Positions 61,791 to 64,000 of a stretch of DNA of 64,000 bases are shown in pieces; position 1 is the stretch's first letter, and each line of letters begins with the position of its first letter. The notes under the pieces are model-generated. The model was not told the origin of the DNA, ran no database searches, and saw only the letters and a program-made list of their open reading frames with translations. The DNA is taken from positions 20,336,001 through 20,400,000 of the forward strand of contig NC_043010.1 of NCBI RefSeq assembly GCF_006345805.1, read 5' to 3'. The position numbers were made by a program, and so were the translations under genes. Source of the DNA: Octopus sinensis. Its lineage: Eukaryota.

Positions 61791-62757
61791 ATATATATAT
61801 ATATATGTAAATATGTATGTTTTGTTTTTGTATCTGGTTTGCTAGATACCTTATGTGAATTCATGTTGCATCTGGGGAAGAGTGTGTAATATTAATGCAC
61901 TATGAGTCTCTCCCATCATTTGAGCGTGGCCATTGCCAGTGCCACCTGACTGATTCCTGTGTCGGTGACATATAAAAAGCACCATTTAAATGTGGTCAAT
62001 GCCAGTACCACCTGGCTAGCCCTCGTGCCGGTGGCACATAAAAAGCACCCACTACACTCTCAGAGTGGCGAGTGTTAGGAAGGTCATCTGGCTGTAGAAA
62101 CTTTACCAGATCAGATTGGAGACTGGTGCAGCCTCCTGGCTCACCAGATCTCTGTCAAACTGCCCAGACATTACACAACAATGATGACGGTGGTATATAT
62201 ATATATATTTACGTGCGTGTGTTTGTTTGTGTTTGTTCCCTGTGACTGCTTGATAGCCAGCTTTGGTGTGTTTATGTCTCTGTAACTTAGCAGTCTGGCA
62301 AAAGAAATCAATAAAGTAAGTTCTAGGCTTAAAAAATATATAACTAGGGTCACTCCATTCAGCTAAACATTCTTCAAGGTGGTATGCCCCAGTATGGTCG
62401 CAGTCTAATGACTGAAACAAGTAAAAGATAAAGGATGGATAAATAACAACAATAAAAAGCAAACAACAACAACAGGAACCAAAGAATCTGCTTTGAGAAC
62501 GAATATGTTGGAGAGAACGATGAGAAGTTTAGTGAATTGTCAGGAGGACTTATTAAGAATTGCCAATTGAAGAATTAGAAGGGTGTAAAATGGGGTGATG
62601 GAATATTAGGGTGGAATTTAAACCAGTAGAATGGGAGTACAGTCGCTAATGAAAGATTATATGGGTGTGTTTGTGTATTTATGTATGTGTTGTGTGAGTT
62701 ATGTCCCCCTCCCCCTCGCCATATACACACACACACACACATATATACATGTATATA

Positions 62758-64000
62758 CAGTGGCGGCCAAAATGTTCAGAACGGCATTGATTTCATCAGA
62801 AAAGTAGATATAATTTTTTATCAAAGTTGTTTTATATTCTTTAATTTTCACAGACAATAAATACGATATTATTTGTTATTGCCTGAGATTTTGGTGTAAT
62901 TTGAGAGGATAATACAAAAGTTATGGATGATTCAGTGATTTACTGCAAAACCCATGGCGGCCAAAATGATCAGAACAGTTGCTTTTACTCCATGTTTTAG
63001 TATATTTAACCGGCGAACTCTAATGTTTTGAATTTGTTTACGTGACAGTTCGTTTACTAAACATTAGTAAGAATATTTGCAGTGTACTTTGTTAATATAA
63101 TGCCACTTACTCCGTTACCAATTCGTCAGCAGATTATTAAGCTTCGAAGGAAGGATAATTTAAGTATTGGATCTATTGCAAAGATTGTTAACAGTCAAAA
63201 AGTGTTGTACACGGTATTCTTAAGGTCTACGATGATTGTGTTCGTGTGAAGCAAGAAAGTTTACAGGTAGGCCAAGAAAAACGACCAAGAGAGAAGATCG
63301 TGCTATGGTAAAGTTGGTTAAAAAGGACAGATTTAAAACTGCTGCTGCTGTTTCTTGGAAAATGAGCATTGTATTGAAGAAAACTTTATCTCGAAAAACT
63401 GTGTCGCGTCGTTTAGTTGAACATGATCTACAAGCAAGAGTACCTGCAGTGAAGCCACTGATCAGATAGATCCAAGAATAAAAAGTGTCGTCTTACCTTT
63501 GCAACCAAACATGTATTGTGGTCTCAAGAAAAATGGCAAACGGTGCATTTCAGTGATGAATCTAAGTTTATGTTATTTGGCTCAGATGGGAAAAGGTACG
63601 TTCGTAGAAAAGTAGGTGAAAAATTGTCGCCTAAATGCCTTAAGACTCGTGTTAAATTCGGTGAAGGAAGTGTCATGGTTTGGGGGATGATATCTGGAGA
63701 TGGTGTGGGCCCTTTGGTGCGATTACATGGAAAGGTAAATGCAGGAGTTTATAAACAACTTGTAAAAGATCATGTCTTGCCTGTGCTGAGAAATTCAACT
63801 AAGCGACCACCCATATTCATGCAGGACAATGCCCCCATGTCACAAGGCTAAGGTGGTCATGAACTTCCTTAAGGCTGAAAAGGTTATTGTTATGGATTGG
63901 CTTGCTCAAAGCCCAGATCTCAATCCTATTAAAAATGTATGGAATATTCTAGGAGAACGTTCGAAAGCCAGAAATCCTAAAACAACTGAGCAATTATGGA
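62758..64000 (+). mobile_element. Tc1-family (DD34E-type) transposon with IR/DR-like left end, running off the window end
   Basis: TA|CAGTGGCGGCCAAAATGTTCAGAAC, with an inner direct repeat TGGCGGCCAAAATGATCAGAAC at ~62955. The transposase starts at ~63099 and includes GRPRKTT, VHFSDESKF, VKFGEGSVMVWG, QDNAPCH and QSPDLNPIKNVW (catalytic E mutated to K). Frameshifts are present. Confidence 0.92.

Overview
AT-rich, extremely repeat-dense animal genomic DNA with no prokaryotic features. The SINE, LINE and microsatellite repertoire suggests an octopod cephalopod (Octopus-like); this is inference from recognising repeat families. Only one intact host gene is visible. It is an intronless minus-strand CDS (39755-40741) encoding a secreted 328-aa protein with a signal peptide, a polybasic patch and two tandem Frizzled-type cysteine-rich domains, with no transmembrane or netrin domain. 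Almost everything else is mobile DNA: a Neptune-type Penelope-like element (PLE; RT plus GIY-YIG) and many PLE termini; two copies of an R4/Dong-clade RLE LINE inside a recent ~4.5 kb direct duplication; RTE LINE fragments; at least four SINE families; a decayed full-length DD34D mariner; two Tc1 elements, one with a spliceosomal intron; non-autonomous Helitrons; MITEs; and long microsatellites. The most notable non-coding signal is a set of minimal type I hammerhead-ribozyme-like motifs at putative PLE ends. Their core 3-8 base pair occurs in all four Watson-Crick forms (C-G, U-A, G-C, A-U) within this one window. A degenerate ~32-bp array with a conserved ATGTAGCA core also lies downstream of the CRD gene. 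Most ORFs in the supplied track are microsatellite or repeat artefacts. Coordinates of degraded repeats are approximate.
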